A DNA stretch of 64,000 nucleotides from Porphyromonadaceae bacterium UBA3318 (GCA_002361235.1 DESI01000005.1:204-64203), one strand, 5' to 3'; shown: positions 1-9,943, numbered from the stretch's first letter. Notes: generated by a model from the sequence alone, not told the origin. Program-made: numbers and translations.

Positions 1-93
1 GTTCCGCCCGGCGTCTTTATGGCGCCTGAAGCGTTTTAACTGTATAGGATTCGACCCACTCCCCTGCTGTCGGTCCCATTTTAGAAATTACTA

Positions 94-993
94 ATGACCA
101 AAACCATGAACACACCAAGAATCATACCTCCGTCGGAGTTGATCATCAACGGGGACGGAAGCGCGTTCCACATTCACCTTCGTCCCGACCAGCTTCGCGA
201 CAACATCATCTTCGTGGGCGATCCGGGCCGCGTCACTATGGTTGGCTCGCTGTTCGACACGGTAGATTACGACGTGCAGTCACGCGAGTTCCACGCCATC
301 GGCGGCACATACAAGGGCAAGCCGATCATGTGCATCAGCCACGGCATAGGCCCTGACAACATCGAGATAGTGATGACCGAGCTGGACGCCCTGGCCAACA
401 TCGACTTCAACACGCGCACCGTCAAGCCCGAACACCGTACGCTCAACATAGTGCGCATCGGCACATCCGGCTCGCTGCAGGAAGACCTGCACATCGGCGA
501 TTATGTAGTGGCCGACAAGGGAATCGGGTTCGACGGCATCCTGAATTTCTATGCCGACCGCAACAAGGTATGCGACCTGGAATTCGAGAAAGAATTCTGC
601 GCTCACACCAATTGGGATCGGACCTGGGCCGCTCCATACGTCGTGGACGCCGACCGACACTTAATCGAGAAGATAGCACGCGACGACATGCGTCTGGGCT
701 ACACCATCGCCGCTGTGGGCTTCTACGCTCCGCAGGGACGCCAGGTACGCCTCGCGTTGAAGGATCCTGACCTGAACGCCAAGATCGAGTCCTTCCGTTA
801 TGACGGACGCCCCGTCACCAACTTCGAGATGGAATCGGCCTGTCTGCAAGGTATGGCACGTCTGCTGGGTCACCGCGCCATGACCGTATGCTGCATCATC
901 GCCGAGCGCCGCGCCAACAAGGCCAACACCGACTACAAGCCGCGCCTCCACGGCCTGATCCAGACCGTTCTGGACCGCTACGCGGAGTTATAA
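94..993 (+). CDS. Nucleoside phosphorylase (uridine/purine phosphorylase, PNP_UDP_1 family)
   Basis: Motifs VGDPGRV, SHGIGPDN, RIGTSGSLQ, GFYAPQGR and NFEMES typical of the family; start could be 106. Confidence 0.85.
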   Translation: MTKTMNTPRIIPPSELIINGDGSAFHIHLRPDQLRDNIIFVGDPGRVTMVGSLFDTVDYDVQSREFHAIGGTYKGKPIMCISHGIGPDNIEIVMTELDALANIDFNTRTVKPEHRTLNIVRIGTSGSLQEDLHIGDYVVADKGIGFDGILNFYADRNKVCDLEFEKEFCAHTNWDRTWAAPYVVDADRHLIEKIARDDMRLGYTIAAVGFYAPQGRQVRLALKDPDLNAKIESFRYDGRPVTNFEMESACLQGMARLLGHRAMTVCCIIAERRANKANTDYKPRLHGLIQTVLDRYAEL

Positions 994-1009
994 AATGCCC
1001 CGATATAGC

Positions 1010-1038
1010 AAAAGGGATGGCCGCCGGTCATCCCTTTT
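1010..1038. terminator. Bidirectional intrinsic terminator between convergent phosphorylase and dprA
   Basis: Stem AAAAGGGATG (1010-1019) / CATCCCTTTT (1029-1038), T-rich on both sides. Confidence 0.75.
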
Positions 1039-1101
1039 CTTTTGTCCCTTTTTCTTTTGTCCCTTTTCTTTTGTCCCTTTTCTTTTGTCCCTTTTCTTTT
1101 G
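1031..1101 (+). repeat. Five tandem copies of 14-bp unit TCCCTTTTCTTTTG (copy 2 has one extra T)
   Basis: Read directly: 1031-1044, 1045-1059, 1060-1073, 1074-1087, 1088-1101. Confidence 0.95.
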
Positions 1102-1135
1102 TCTCGGCCCGGAATCTTCAGATTCCGCATATCCC

Positions 1136-2263
1136 CTATCCCAACTCGAAACGCGCGCCCGGCAGGCGCGTTATCACGCCGTCAAATTCCATATCGGTGA
1201 GGTTGGCCATCAGTTCCTTCATGTTCATGCCGGTCAGGGCCCGCAGCTCGTCAATGCCCAAGGGACGCCCCTCGTGTTTGATGTGGGCGTAAATCTCGGC
1301 CGGAGCGCCACGCAGTTCCGGGAACAGGTTGCGTTGCTGCGGGGCATGCTGCATTACGCCCGGCGGCCATCCCGTGGTCTGCACCACATCGGCGGCGCAT
1401 GTGATCAGCTGCGCCTTGTGGGAGCGTATCAGATGGTTGCATCCCGCACTGATTGGATCGATGGACCGTCCCGGCAATGCCATGACGTCGCGGTTGTTGA
1501 TAAACGCCTGGTTCGCGGTGCTCATGGCTCCGCCCCGTATCTCGGATTCGGCCACGAAGGTAGCGTCACACAGTCCGGCCACTATTCGGTTGCGCTCTAA
1601 GAAATTGCGCTGATATGGCGTAGTACCCGTCGGATATTCGGTCAGCATACCGCCTCCCGACTGTATTATCTTTCTTGCCAGGTCGCGGTGCTGCGACGGA
1701 TAGACCATGTCGAGACCATGCGCCACCACCGCCACCGTAGGCAGCTTGCAGTCCAGCGCCGCGCGATGTCCGGCGGCGTCTATACCGTATGCCAGCCCGC
1801 TGACTATCAGCAGATCGGGATAATAGACAGCTAAGTCGTGTATCAGCTGTTCGGTAAACTGCAGTCCATATTTGGTGGCCTTGCGCGTACCCACCACCGC
1901 CAATGCAAAGCGCGGATTCAGATTGACGTTGCCGAGCACGTACAGCATTATCGGGGCGTCGTGCAGTTCCTGAAGCAACGGCGGATAATCATCGTCGTTC
2001 ACGAACAGGCCGCGGATGCCGTGCCGCTCCATAAACTCAACCTCCCTGCACGCTCGCTCCAGAGCGGTCTGCCGCTCTACGGGGTCGAAACGCAGGCTGT
2101 CCGAGGCTCCGATACGGGCCGTCAGGTCGCCCATGCCGGGCTTGAAAAAGTCGGCATAGTCATAGCCGGCGTCGCGCATGGCGCGCACCACATCCACCTT
2201 CATGCCGGGCACCATGCTGATGGCCACCTTGTGAATCAGTTCCTGACGCTCAGCGGAATCCAT
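1136..2263 (-). CDS. dprA: DNA-processing protein DprA/Smf
   Basis: AVVGTRKAT, VSGLAYGIDAAGH, FLERNRIVAGL, AESEIRGGAMSTA motifs; C-terminal winged-helix ending RLPGARFELG. Confidence 0.95.
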   Translation of the reverse strand: MDSAERQELIHKVAISMVPGMKVDVVRAMRDAGYDYADFFKPGMGDLTARIGASDSLRFDPVERQTALERACREVEFMERHGIRGLFVNDDDYPPLLQELHDAPIMLYVLGNVNLNPRFALAVVGTRKATKYGLQFTEQLIHDLAVYYPDLLIVSGLAYGIDAAGHRAALDCKLPTVAVVAHGLDMVYPSQHRDLARKIIQSGGGMLTEYPTGTTPYQRNFLERNRIVAGLCDATFVAESEIRGGAMSTANQAFINNRDVMALPGRSIDPISAGCNHLIRSHKAQLITCAADVVQTTGWPPGVMQHAPQQRNLFPELRGAPAEIYAHIKHEGRPLGIDELRALTGMNMKELMANLTDMEFDGVITRLPGARFELG

Positions 2264-2267
2264 AGTC

Positions 2268-2690
2268 TTACTGTATGTACCGCCCGAACACCTTGGCCAG
2301 TTCGTCGCCTCTGCTCAGCTTTCCGTCCTTCAGCACCACCACCGTCACCACTCCCTCGGCGCACATCTCGCCGTCCGAGCGTATTATATCCTGATGGAAT
2401 ATGAACCGGGGTCCCTTGCGCTCAAGCCGCAGACAGCTGATGAAGGTGTCGCCGCCCCGCAGCGAGGTCTTGTATTCCACCTCTATCTTGCGCACCACGG
2501 CGTCGATGCCCTGGTTGTGCATCTGTATGAACGACAGCCCCGCGTCCGTGCAGAACCGATGGCGCGTATGCTCCATGTAATGCAGATAGTTGGCATTGTT
2601 CACTATCTGTTCGCAATCCAGCTCGTAATCGCGAACCTCCATATCCATTATGAAGCAATATTTCTTGTTGGCGTCCTTGAGTATTCTCAT
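2268..2690 (-). CDS. Acyl-CoA thioesterase (4HBT/YbgC family)
   Basis: VRDYELD..IVNNANYLHYMEHTR hot-dog fold signature. Confidence 0.9.
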   Translation of the reverse strand: MRILKDANKKYCFIMDMEVRDYELDCEQIVNNANYLHYMEHTRHRFCTDAGLSFIQMHNQGIDAVVRKIEVEYKTSLRGGDTFISCLRLERKGPRFIFHQDIIRSDGEMCAEGVVTVVVLKDGKLSRGDELAKVFGRYIQ

Positions 2691-2704
2691 TGTATGATAT
2701 TGTA

Positions 2705-3238
2705 TCAGCCTTTTTGAATGGTCAACGGCTTGTTATTCCTTGCAAAGTTAGAAATTTCCGGGAAATTATCGGCATCTTTGGGCACCCAGATGAATCCCGG
2801 CTTCTTGTCGGCTATGCCGATGAAGCCGTCGCCGTCGCTTATCCACCAGTCGCGCACGCAGCTGCCGTCAAACCGCTCGCGCCTCAATTCCGTGTATTCC
2901 GGCGGTTCAGCGGCACCATCCTCCGGCTTTTTCTTTTCGTACAGCGTCACAACCAATGTATTGCCGTCCACCTCTATGGTATGGGGCAACACGTTCACGA
3001 AGCATTCGCGGCACAGTGCATGGTTATAGTAGCTTACGGCCAATGCGTGCGGCACCGCGATGAGCAGCACGAAGAATCCGGCCAGCACCCAGCGCAGGTC
3101 GACTATGAATCCCCACATCATGCACAGCACTGCCACGCCTACGGCCACCAACAGCCACCACGGACAGAAACGACGGAGCAGAGCCCGTGCGAACCGGCCC
3201 CGCTCCATGCAGAATATCTTTCCGTTTTCTTCAGTCAT
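2705..3238 (-). CDS. Hypothetical membrane protein with two TM helices and a YcxB-like C-terminal domain
   Basis: Two hydrophobic segments then a soluble domain; ATG at 3238 lies 1 bp after the upstream stop (track start 3298 overlaps the upstream gene). Confidence 0.55.
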   Translation of the reverse strand: MTEENGKIFCMERGRFARALLRRFCPWWLLVAVGVAVLCMMWGFIVDLRWVLAGFFVLLIAVPHALAVSYYNHALCRECFVNVLPHTIEVDGNTLVVTLYEKKKPEDGAAEPPEYTELRRERFDGSCVRDWWISDGDGFIGIADKKPGFIWVPKDADNFPEISNFARNNKPLTIQKG

Positions 3239-3239
3239 A

Positions 3240-4397
3240 TCATTGTTCGGCATCCCTCGCAGCCGATTCCCGGACATACGTCTGATGGTTGGTTTCACGA
3301 ACCTGCTGAATATAGCCGGTGCCTTCGGCGTTGTGAAGTTTGCTTATCTCTATGTACGGCTTTCCTTTTACTACAGTCAAGTCAAATACGTCGTCACGCT
3401 TACGTTTTGCCTCGTCGGCCAAAGGCGAATGTCCATTCTCTCCCGACCCTCTCAATCCGACGTCTATGCCGTCAGGACAGTTGCGCACGGCCTTTATCAC
3501 GGACACCGGCGGATAACCAAGTCCGGTCCACATTATATACTGCTTACGTACCAGCTCGGGAGTCACGCTGTCGGGGTTCATAGGCTTGCAGCCCTCTATG
3601 GCTACAGTCGCCGTCGATTTGTAACGGGGAATAAAATCCTCGTCAAATACTTTCTCGGAACCGGCGTAAAGTGCATCCTGCTTTCTGCCGTCATGGTAGA
3701 ACGACCGGCTCAAAACCTCCGTCAGTACTTCGGGTGTAACCGCACCTTCATCAGCGTATGGGGCGAGCTGTGCCACGGCGTTGGCCTCGCGCATCTGGCC
3801 GTATCCCTCGTTCGGGCGGCCGGAATGGCTGTAGTTGGTGCGCACCATCACGCCCTGCGGGGCATCCTTCAGGTCGTAACGCACGTATGAATGGTTGTTC
3901 GTCTCGAAATATGCTCCGTTGCCCGATGCGTCTATCACGCCGAAATTGGCTTCCACGCCCATAGGCCGCCTGTATGTGTCGAGCAGACGTGCGAAATCGT
4001 CAACCGTGCGGCAGGTCCTGAGGGCCTTGGTCATCAGTATGCCCTCCTTGTCCATCTTCCTGGCAGGCTCCTTATCGTCCTTGATGTTGTACGACGCGGT
4101 GTTCATCACGGCGAATCCGGCGTCGTTCATCCCCATCCACGCCTCTTTCAGGCCGCGGTCCCGGGCGTTGAACAGGGCCGTGTAGCCGAAATCGGATCCG
4201 TTGGGAGCCACATATTCCACCTTGTTGTCGACGTTGCTTGTGTCGCGGTGTTTCCACAGGATGGGGCGACCCGACGGATTGGCCGAGGCGCTTATTATGG
4301 CCGACGTGCAGGCCACGGCCCGCGGCGCCATAAGCCCCGCGAGCAGTATGCCTGCCATTATCAGTCTCTTTGCTTTCTTTGAGTTCAGTATATTCAA
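3240..4397 (-). CDS. Secreted N-terminal-nucleophile hydrolase (carcinine hydrolase/isopenicillin-N acyltransferase, C45-like)
   Basis: Signal peptide then CTSAII...GRPILWKHRD, GMNDAGFAVMNT, NFGVIDA, RTNYS; TTG start overlaps DUF1015 stop, alternative ATG at 4358. Confidence 0.7.
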   Translation of the reverse strand: MNILNSKKAKRLIMAGILLAGLMAPRAVACTSAIISASANPSGRPILWKHRDTSNVDNKVEYVAPNGSDFGYTALFNARDRGLKEAWMGMNDAGFAVMNTASYNIKDDKEPARKMDKEGILMTKALRTCRTVDDFARLLDTYRRPMGVEANFGVIDASGNGAYFETNNHSYVRYDLKDAPQGVMVRTNYSHSGRPNEGYGQMREANAVAQLAPYADEGAVTPEVLTEVLSRSFYHDGRKQDALYAGSEKVFDEDFIPRYKSTATVAIEGCKPMNPDSVTPELVRKQYIMWTGLGYPPVSVIKAVRNCPDGIDVGLRGSGENGHSPLADEAKRKRDDVFDLTVVKGKPYIEISKLHNAEGTGYIQQVRETNHQTYVRESAARDAEQ

Positions 4398-5638
4398 TCC
4401 AGTTTGTGTATTATCAGTCCGCTCCTAAGCTTAGGCTCGAACCATGTGGTTTTGGGCGGCATGATGTTGCCGGTGTCGGCAATGTCCATTATCTGCTTCA
4501 TCGTCACGGGATACAGAGCCAGAGCCATTGCCATCTCGCCCGAATCCACGCGGCGCTTCAGTTCCTCCAGACCGCGGATGCCGCCCACGAAATCTATGCG
4601 CTTGTCGGAACGGAGGTCGGTGATGCCCAGCAGGTCGCGGAGTATCAGGTCGCTCGACACGGTCACGTCCAGTACGCCGATCGGGTCGTCATCGTTGTAT
4701 GTGCCGGGCTTGGCGGTCAGGGAGTACCACTTGCCGTCGAGATATAGGGCGAAATTGTGCAGTCCCGTAGGATGATACGTCTCGGCGCCCTTTTCCTCTA
4801 CGGTGAAATTCTCGCCCAGGCGTGTCAGGAACTCGGCGGGAGTCATGCCGTTCAGGTCGCGCACCACACGGTTATAGTCTATCACGCGCAGATGCGATGC
4901 GGGGAACGCTACTGCCATGAAGTAATTGTATTCCTCGTCGCCCGTGTGGTCGGGATTGTTCCTGGCCTTTTCGGCACCAACAAGAGCGGCTGCCGCCGAG
5001 CGGTGATGTCCGTCGGCAATGTACATGTTGGGGATTTTGCCGAATTCCTCGGTCACCTTTTCTATCATCTTGGGGTCGGATATCACCCACAGTGTGTGGC
5101 CGAAGCCGTCGGGGGCCGTGAAGTCATACTCAGGCTCGCCTGCCGTGACGTCACGGATTATCTGTTCCAATGCCTCGTTGTCGGGGAAGGCGAAGAACAC
5201 CGGCTCCACGTTGGCGTTGTTGCAGCGCACGTGCTTCATGCGGTCCTCCTCCTTGTCACGGCGAGTCAGCTCATGCTTCTTGATGCGTCCCTCCATGTAG
5301 TCGGGCACCCAGGCTGCCACTACGAATCCATACTGCGTGCGCCCGTCCATGGTCTGGGCATATATGTAATAGTTCTCCTTCTCGTCCTGACGCAGCCAGC
5401 CCTTATCCTGGAACATACGGAAGTTCTCCACGGCCTTGTCGTACACGCGTGCGTCATGCTCGTCCATACCCGGCTCGAAGTCGATTTCCGGCTTGATGAT
5501 ATGGTACAGGCTCATGGGATTTCCGGCGGCCTCGGCACGGGCCTCCTCGCTGTTCAGCACGTCGTACGGACGGCTTGCCACCTGCTCCACCAGCTCACGC
5601 GGAGGGCGAACGCCTTTGAACGGTTTTACTTTTGCCAT
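4394..5638 (-). CDS. DUF1015 family protein
   Basis: MAKVKPFKGVRP start, PYDV, HELTR, YIADGHHR, MPPKTTWFEPKLRSGL. Confidence 0.9.
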   Translation of the reverse strand: MAKVKPFKGVRPPRELVEQVASRPYDVLNSEEARAEAAGNPMSLYHIIKPEIDFEPGMDEHDARVYDKAVENFRMFQDKGWLRQDEKENYYIYAQTMDGRTQYGFVVAAWVPDYMEGRIKKHELTRRDKEEDRMKHVRCNNANVEPVFFAFPDNEALEQIIRDVTAGEPEYDFTAPDGFGHTLWVISDPKMIEKVTEEFGKIPNMYIADGHHRSAAAALVGAEKARNNPDHTGDEEYNYFMAVAFPASHLRVIDYNRVVRDLNGMTPAEFLTRLGENFTVEEKGAETYHPTGLHNFALYLDGKWYSLTAKPGTYNDDDPIGVLDVTVSSDLILRDLLGITDLRSDKRIDFVGGIRGLEELKRRVDSGEMAMALALYPVTMKQIMDIADTGNIMPPKTTWFEPKLRSGLIIHKLD

Positions 5639-5829
5639 TGTCTTGCAGTTTTCGTTGGTATTAGGTTCTGTTACATTGAGTGTATTTTCCCGGACCCATT
5701 ACGGAGTCCTCCATAATATCTCAACGCCATAACAGCATATATATTTTGAATAAATAATAATTATAGGGCCATATTTCCGTTAAATTTCAAAGCATGCTTT
5801 TGCATTGCCGTATTCCTGCAATTGTTAAA

Positions 5830-7422
5830 ATGAAAAACGTTAAACTCAACAACCTTATGTCAGGGCTATTGTTGGCCCTTGCCTCAACCGGTCCCATGTA
5901 CGCCGGCAATACCGAGAACACACGGATGAACACTGCCGCCTCTCAACAGATTTCCGGCACGTTGCCCGTGCTGTATATCAATGTCTACAAAGCCGACGGC
6001 ACTTTGGACAACGAAGTGACAGACCGCAACCTCGGCCACAAGAATTATTTCTCGGGCCGGTACTGGCTTGACCTGAACGGCTGTCAGTGGCTTGCCGACT
6101 TAGGAGCGGAATCCATCGGAAGCGAGTCCGAGCCGCTGCCTCTTGAAATCAAGGCCCGAGGCAATTATACCCGACAGGCCTTCGCCAAGAAGCCGTTCAA
6201 GCTCAAACTCGGTTCCAAGCAGAAGCTGTTGGGTCTGTCCCAAAGCAAGCATTTCGCATTGCTGGCTCATGCCGACGATAATTTCGGTTATCTGCGCAAT
6301 TTCACGGGCTTCAACCTCGGGCGCCGCATCGGGCTGCCATGGACTCCGGACCAGCAGCCTGTGGAAGTGGTGATCAACGGCGATTACCGCGGCCTGTATT
6401 TCCTGACGGAAAGCATACGCATTGAAAAGGACCGCATTGACATCGCGGAACTTGACGACAACGTCTCGGACCCGGAACTGGTATCCGGAGGCTATTTGGT
6501 AGAACTTGACAACTACGACGAAGACAACCAGATTCGCATGGACGAGAAGTCGTGTGTAGCCAATCAGTGGCTCGACCGTCTGCGCGTCACATGGGACACG
6601 CCCGAGAAATATTCAGAACTGCAGCGCCGGTTCGTAACCGACCAGTTCACAGCCATGAACGACTTCGTGGGCGCCAATTCCGACCAACTCTGGAGCTACA
6701 TGGACCTTGACGATGCCGCCAGGTATTACGTAGTGGAGGAAATCATGTCGCATACCGAGTCGTATCACGGCTCCACTTACCTGTTCCGCGACCGTGGCGA
6801 AGGACAGAAGTGGCATTTCTCGCCGCTGTGGGACTTCGGCAACGGTTTCAACGGCAGCACCGACCGGTTTCTGTACGACTGCGACCCCTTCGGTAACACC
6901 TGGATTCCATCGATGCGCGCCAATGCCACTTTCAACGCCAAGGTGCGCGACACCTGGATGTGGTTCATGAACACAGGCTATGATGGCATCATCGAGGATA
7001 TGGATACATACGTGGCCCACATCGCCGAAGCCGCCAAGGCCGACCGCCGCCGTTGGAAAGACGCTCCCCGTCCCGATTACAATGGCGCGCAAGACGTGGC
7101 CGACAACAGCGATATGGCCTCACGCCGCGACAAGGCCGTCAATCACCTCAACGCGAAGGTAGAGTGGCTTAAGTCGCAGTTCGGCGACTTCACCTCCGTT
7201 TCCAAACCCTCCGAGCCTGCGCGCGACACGACACCCGCCGCTCCCCTCCCCGACTATGCCAAGGGAGACGGATCTTCCATCCTATTACCCGTCACGGACC
7301 CGGACGACGACACTCCCGCCACCTTCTATAACCTTCAGGGCATCCGTGTCGACTCGCCCCGCAAAGGCTCCGTCTACATCATGGTCAAAGGCAACAAACC
7401 CACCCGCTTCATCGCGAACTAA
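5830..7422 (+). CDS. CotH kinase family protein, secreted, with T9SS-type C-terminal tail
   Basis: KARGNYT, HFALLAH, EVVINGDYRGLYFLTE, WHFSPLWDFG; signal peptide; tail FYNLQGIRV..P.KG.VYI; start moved from 5794 to ATG 5830. Confidence 0.85.
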   Translation: MKNVKLNNLMSGLLLALASTGPMYAGNTENTRMNTAASQQISGTLPVLYINVYKADGTLDNEVTDRNLGHKNYFSGRYWLDLNGCQWLADLGAESIGSESEPLPLEIKARGNYTRQAFAKKPFKLKLGSKQKLLGLSQSKHFALLAHADDNFGYLRNFTGFNLGRRIGLPWTPDQQPVEVVINGDYRGLYFLTESIRIEKDRIDIAELDDNVSDPELVSGGYLVELDNYDEDNQIRMDEKSCVANQWLDRLRVTWDTPEKYSELQRRFVTDQFTAMNDFVGANSDQLWSYMDLDDAARYYVVEEIMSHTESYHGSTYLFRDRGEGQKWHFSPLWDFGNGFNGSTDRFLYDCDPFGNTWIPSMRANATFNAKVRDTWMWFMNTGYDGIIEDMDTYVAHIAEAAKADRRRWKDAPRPDYNGAQDVADNSDMASRRDKAVNHLNAKVEWLKSQFGDFTSVSKPSEPARDTTPAAPLPDYAKGDGSSILLPVTDPDDDTPATFYNLQGIRVDSPRKGSVYIMVKGNKPTRFIAN

Positions 7423-7450
7423 TCGCATCTTGCCGGCATGGAACACAAAG

Positions 7451-7485
7451 AAAGCGCATCGGCTGCAAAGGCTGATGCGCTTTTT
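7451..7485. terminator. Bidirectional terminator between cotH-like gene and rubredoxin
   Basis: AAAGCGCATCGGC / GCTGATGCGCTTT stem followed by T run. Confidence 0.8.
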
Positions 7486-7515
7486 AAGTTCTTGACATTT
7501 AAGCCTTGTATCTTC

Positions 7516-7674
7516 TTAGTCTACAGGCGAGAACTCGTCCTTGCCTACACCGCACAGCGGGCATACCCAGCTGTCGGGAACATCCTCGAACTTCGTTCCT
7601 GCGGGCACTCCGTTGTCCGGATCGCCGATTGCCGGATCATATATCCAGCCACATACATCGCATACGTACTTCAT
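7516..7674 (-). CDS. Rubredoxin (52 aa; not in the ORF track)
   Basis: Hand translation [52 protein letters not shown] with both CxxCG knuckles. Confidence 0.95.
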   Translation of the reverse strand: MKYVCDVCGWIYDPAIGDPDNGVPAGTKFEDVPDSWVCPLCGVGKDEFSPVD

Positions 7675-7826
7675 CTCTTCGCTTAGTTATTATAATGAAA
7701 CCAAAATCAAAATTAATCTATACACCATTATCAACAATCCAACCAAGGAATTTGTTCTGCATCACGTCAGGAAAAATTTTACTGCGAATTCCTTGACTTG
7801 AGTTTTGTTTTCTTGGGGATATTTTA

Positions 7827-7834
7827 TAATTTTG
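7827..7834 (+). promoter_or_regulatory. Bacteroidetes sigma-A -7 box for the DMT gene
   Basis: TAATTTTG matches TAnnTTTG, with TTTG about 20 bp upstream. Confidence 0.6.
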
Positions 7835-7881
7835 CAGGTACGGATTGCGGCTCATTCATCTCTCCTTCAGTAGCCGCATAC

Positions 7882-8841
7882 ATGGAACAACAAGCCTTAG
7901 ATACTACCACAATGTTAAAAACACAGTCCAAAAGCAAATATATCATTGCGTTCGCGCACATCGGAGCGCTACTGACCGTGACAGCCTGGGGCACCTCGTT
8001 TCTATGTACCAAAATTCTGATGGGCCAGGCCGGGATGACTCCGGTGGAAATCTATTTCTACCGATTCTTAGCCGCCTATCTCATACTGCTGCTGTTCACA
8101 TGCCGGCATCTGTTCTGCCACAACTTTCGCGATGAAATGACCATGGCTCTGTGCGGCATCTGTTCCGGCTCGCTTTACTTCATCACCGAGAACTACGCGC
8201 TGACCCTCACCACCACGGCCAACGTGTCGCTGTTGGCGTCCATCTCGCCGATATTCACCACATTCCTGGCCGCCGCCGTGTTCCGCCAGCGTCTCAAGGC
8301 CCCTGTGCTGATAGGTTCGGCCATAGCGTTCGTGGGTGTGGGATGCATCATATTCAGTCACGGATCGTCGTTCGAAATCCGGCCCGCAGGCGACCTGCTC
8401 GCACTCTCCGCATCCTTGTGCTGGGCCATATATGCCATAGCCATCAAGCGCCTGCTGCCGTTCTATTCCTCGATGTTCATTTCCAGGAAACTGTTCTTTT
8501 ACGGAGTGATCACGGCTCTGCCTATGCTGTTCATCCAGCACGGTCCGCTGCATTGGCAGGTGCTGTTCGACTTCGACAATCCTCACTATCTGATGAACTT
8601 CCTGTTCCTGGTGCTGCTCTGCTCCATCGGGGCCTACCTGGTCTGGAACGAAGTGATGAAATACCTCGGCCCCGTCACCTGCAACAACTATCTGTACATT
8701 CAGCCGGTGGTGACGATGATAGCAGGATACTTCGTCCTGGGCGAGGACATCTATATGCTCGGATACTTAGGTTGCATACTGATAATCGGAGGCCTGATAA
8801 TATCCGATAAATTCCCCGACGTGCGCAAGTCAAAGCACTGA
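7882..8841 (+). CDS. DMT/EamA family transporter
   Basis: About 10 hydrophobic helices, AWGTSF, ALTLTTTANVSLL repeat-domain motifs; probable ATG 7882 downstream of promoter. Confidence 0.85.
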   Translation: MEQQALDTTTMLKTQSKSKYIIAFAHIGALLTVTAWGTSFLCTKILMGQAGMTPVEIYFYRFLAAYLILLLFTCRHLFCHNFRDEMTMALCGICSGSLYFITENYALTLTTTANVSLLASISPIFTTFLAAAVFRQRLKAPVLIGSAIAFVGVGCIIFSHGSSFEIRPAGDLLALSASLCWAIYAIAIKRLLPFYSSMFISRKLFFYGVITALPMLFIQHGPLHWQVLFDFDNPHYLMNFLFLVLLCSIGAYLVWNEVMKYLGPVTCNNYLYIQPVVTMIAGYFVLGEDIYMLGYLGCILIIGGLIISDKFPDVRKSKH

Positions 8842-8864
8842 CGGCGATGCCGAGACAGCTATGT

Positions 8865-9725
8865 TCAGGCGTTGCGGAATTTCTTGGGCGACATCCCCGT
8901 GAATTTCTTGAAGTATTTGCCGAAGAACGACTGCGACGGGAAATTAAGTTCGTCGGCAATCTGCTGTATGTTCAGGTTCGACGATTTCAGCAGCACCTTG
9001 GCTTCCAATATCACGAACCTCTCGATCCATTCCACGGCCGTATATCCGGTCTGCGCCTTGACGGTACGCGACAGATGCTTCGGAGTCACCTCCATCTTCT
9101 GCGCGTAGAAGTCCAGGAAACGCTCGGATCTGAAGTTTTCCTGCACCAGGTTCAGGAACTTGTCGGAAATCCTGCCCTGACGCGACAGTATCTCGTTATG
9201 GTATGGCTCATAGCTTTTATACGCCGTCTCGAAGATGAAGCTGACCACCTTGAACAGCAACGCCTGCGACGCATACGGGTTGTCGCGCATCTGCAGGATA
9301 CGGCGTATCTCCTTGCTGAATTTCAGATACTCGGGAAACGTCTCCTCAGGTATAGGCACCACGGAATGGCGCATCGACAGCGAATAGAGCGGCGTGGAGT
9401 TCATGAACAGGAACACATTCTCCCTGAACCGTTTGGACATCACTATCACCGTAGCCTTGAAGTCGGGACTGATATATGTGGGCTGAAGGAACTGCGTGCC
9501 TCGCACTATCACCAGACTCGGGGCCTTGATGTCGTGCGATATCAGGTTGATTTCGCCCTTGGCCGAGCCACGCTGCACCACAATCCATGTGCTGGCCTCG
9601 AACTTCACGGGTTCGGTCAGCGACTTGAACATGCTCGGGTCAACATCCTCGAGCATCCAGAAATCTTCCTCCAGTATTTTCGATAATTCCTCAGGTAGAT
9701 CCAGATTATAGTGGTATCCTGTCAT
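8865..9725 (-). CDS. AraC family transcriptional regulator
   Basis: C-terminal FYAQKMEVTPKHLSRTVK and IQQIADELNFPSQSFFGKYFKKFTGMSP double HTH. Confidence 0.92.
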   Translation of the reverse strand: MTGYHYNLDLPEELSKILEEDFWMLEDVDPSMFKSLTEPVKFEASTWIVVQRGSAKGEINLISHDIKAPSLVIVRGTQFLQPTYISPDFKATVIVMSKRFRENVFLFMNSTPLYSLSMRHSVVPIPEETFPEYLKFSKEIRRILQMRDNPYASQALLFKVVSFIFETAYKSYEPYHNEILSRQGRISDKFLNLVQENFRSERFLDFYAQKMEVTPKHLSRTVKAQTGYTAVEWIERFVILEAKVLLKSSNLNIQQIADELNFPSQSFFGKYFKKFTGMSPKKFRNA

Positions 9726-9943
9726 TGCTGTCTTATTCTCTATTATACGGATTGCAATTATTCACTTTTTCTCTTATTCCAACATAACAACTCAAATTTT
9801 ATTGCATTTCATGGTCAAAAAGGGACAATATAACCAAATTGGATATAATTGTGCATAATCCTATATAATCCATATATATTCTGAACAGCCGTGAGTTTCC
9901 AAACGTTATACTTTGAAAACAATGGAAACCTTAGCCACACCAC

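Noticed and set aside
1-93. GGATTCGACCC motif resembling a tRNA T-loop or ncRNA end
   Set aside because: No acceptor stem, CCA end or cloverleaf can be built; upstream context is outside the window
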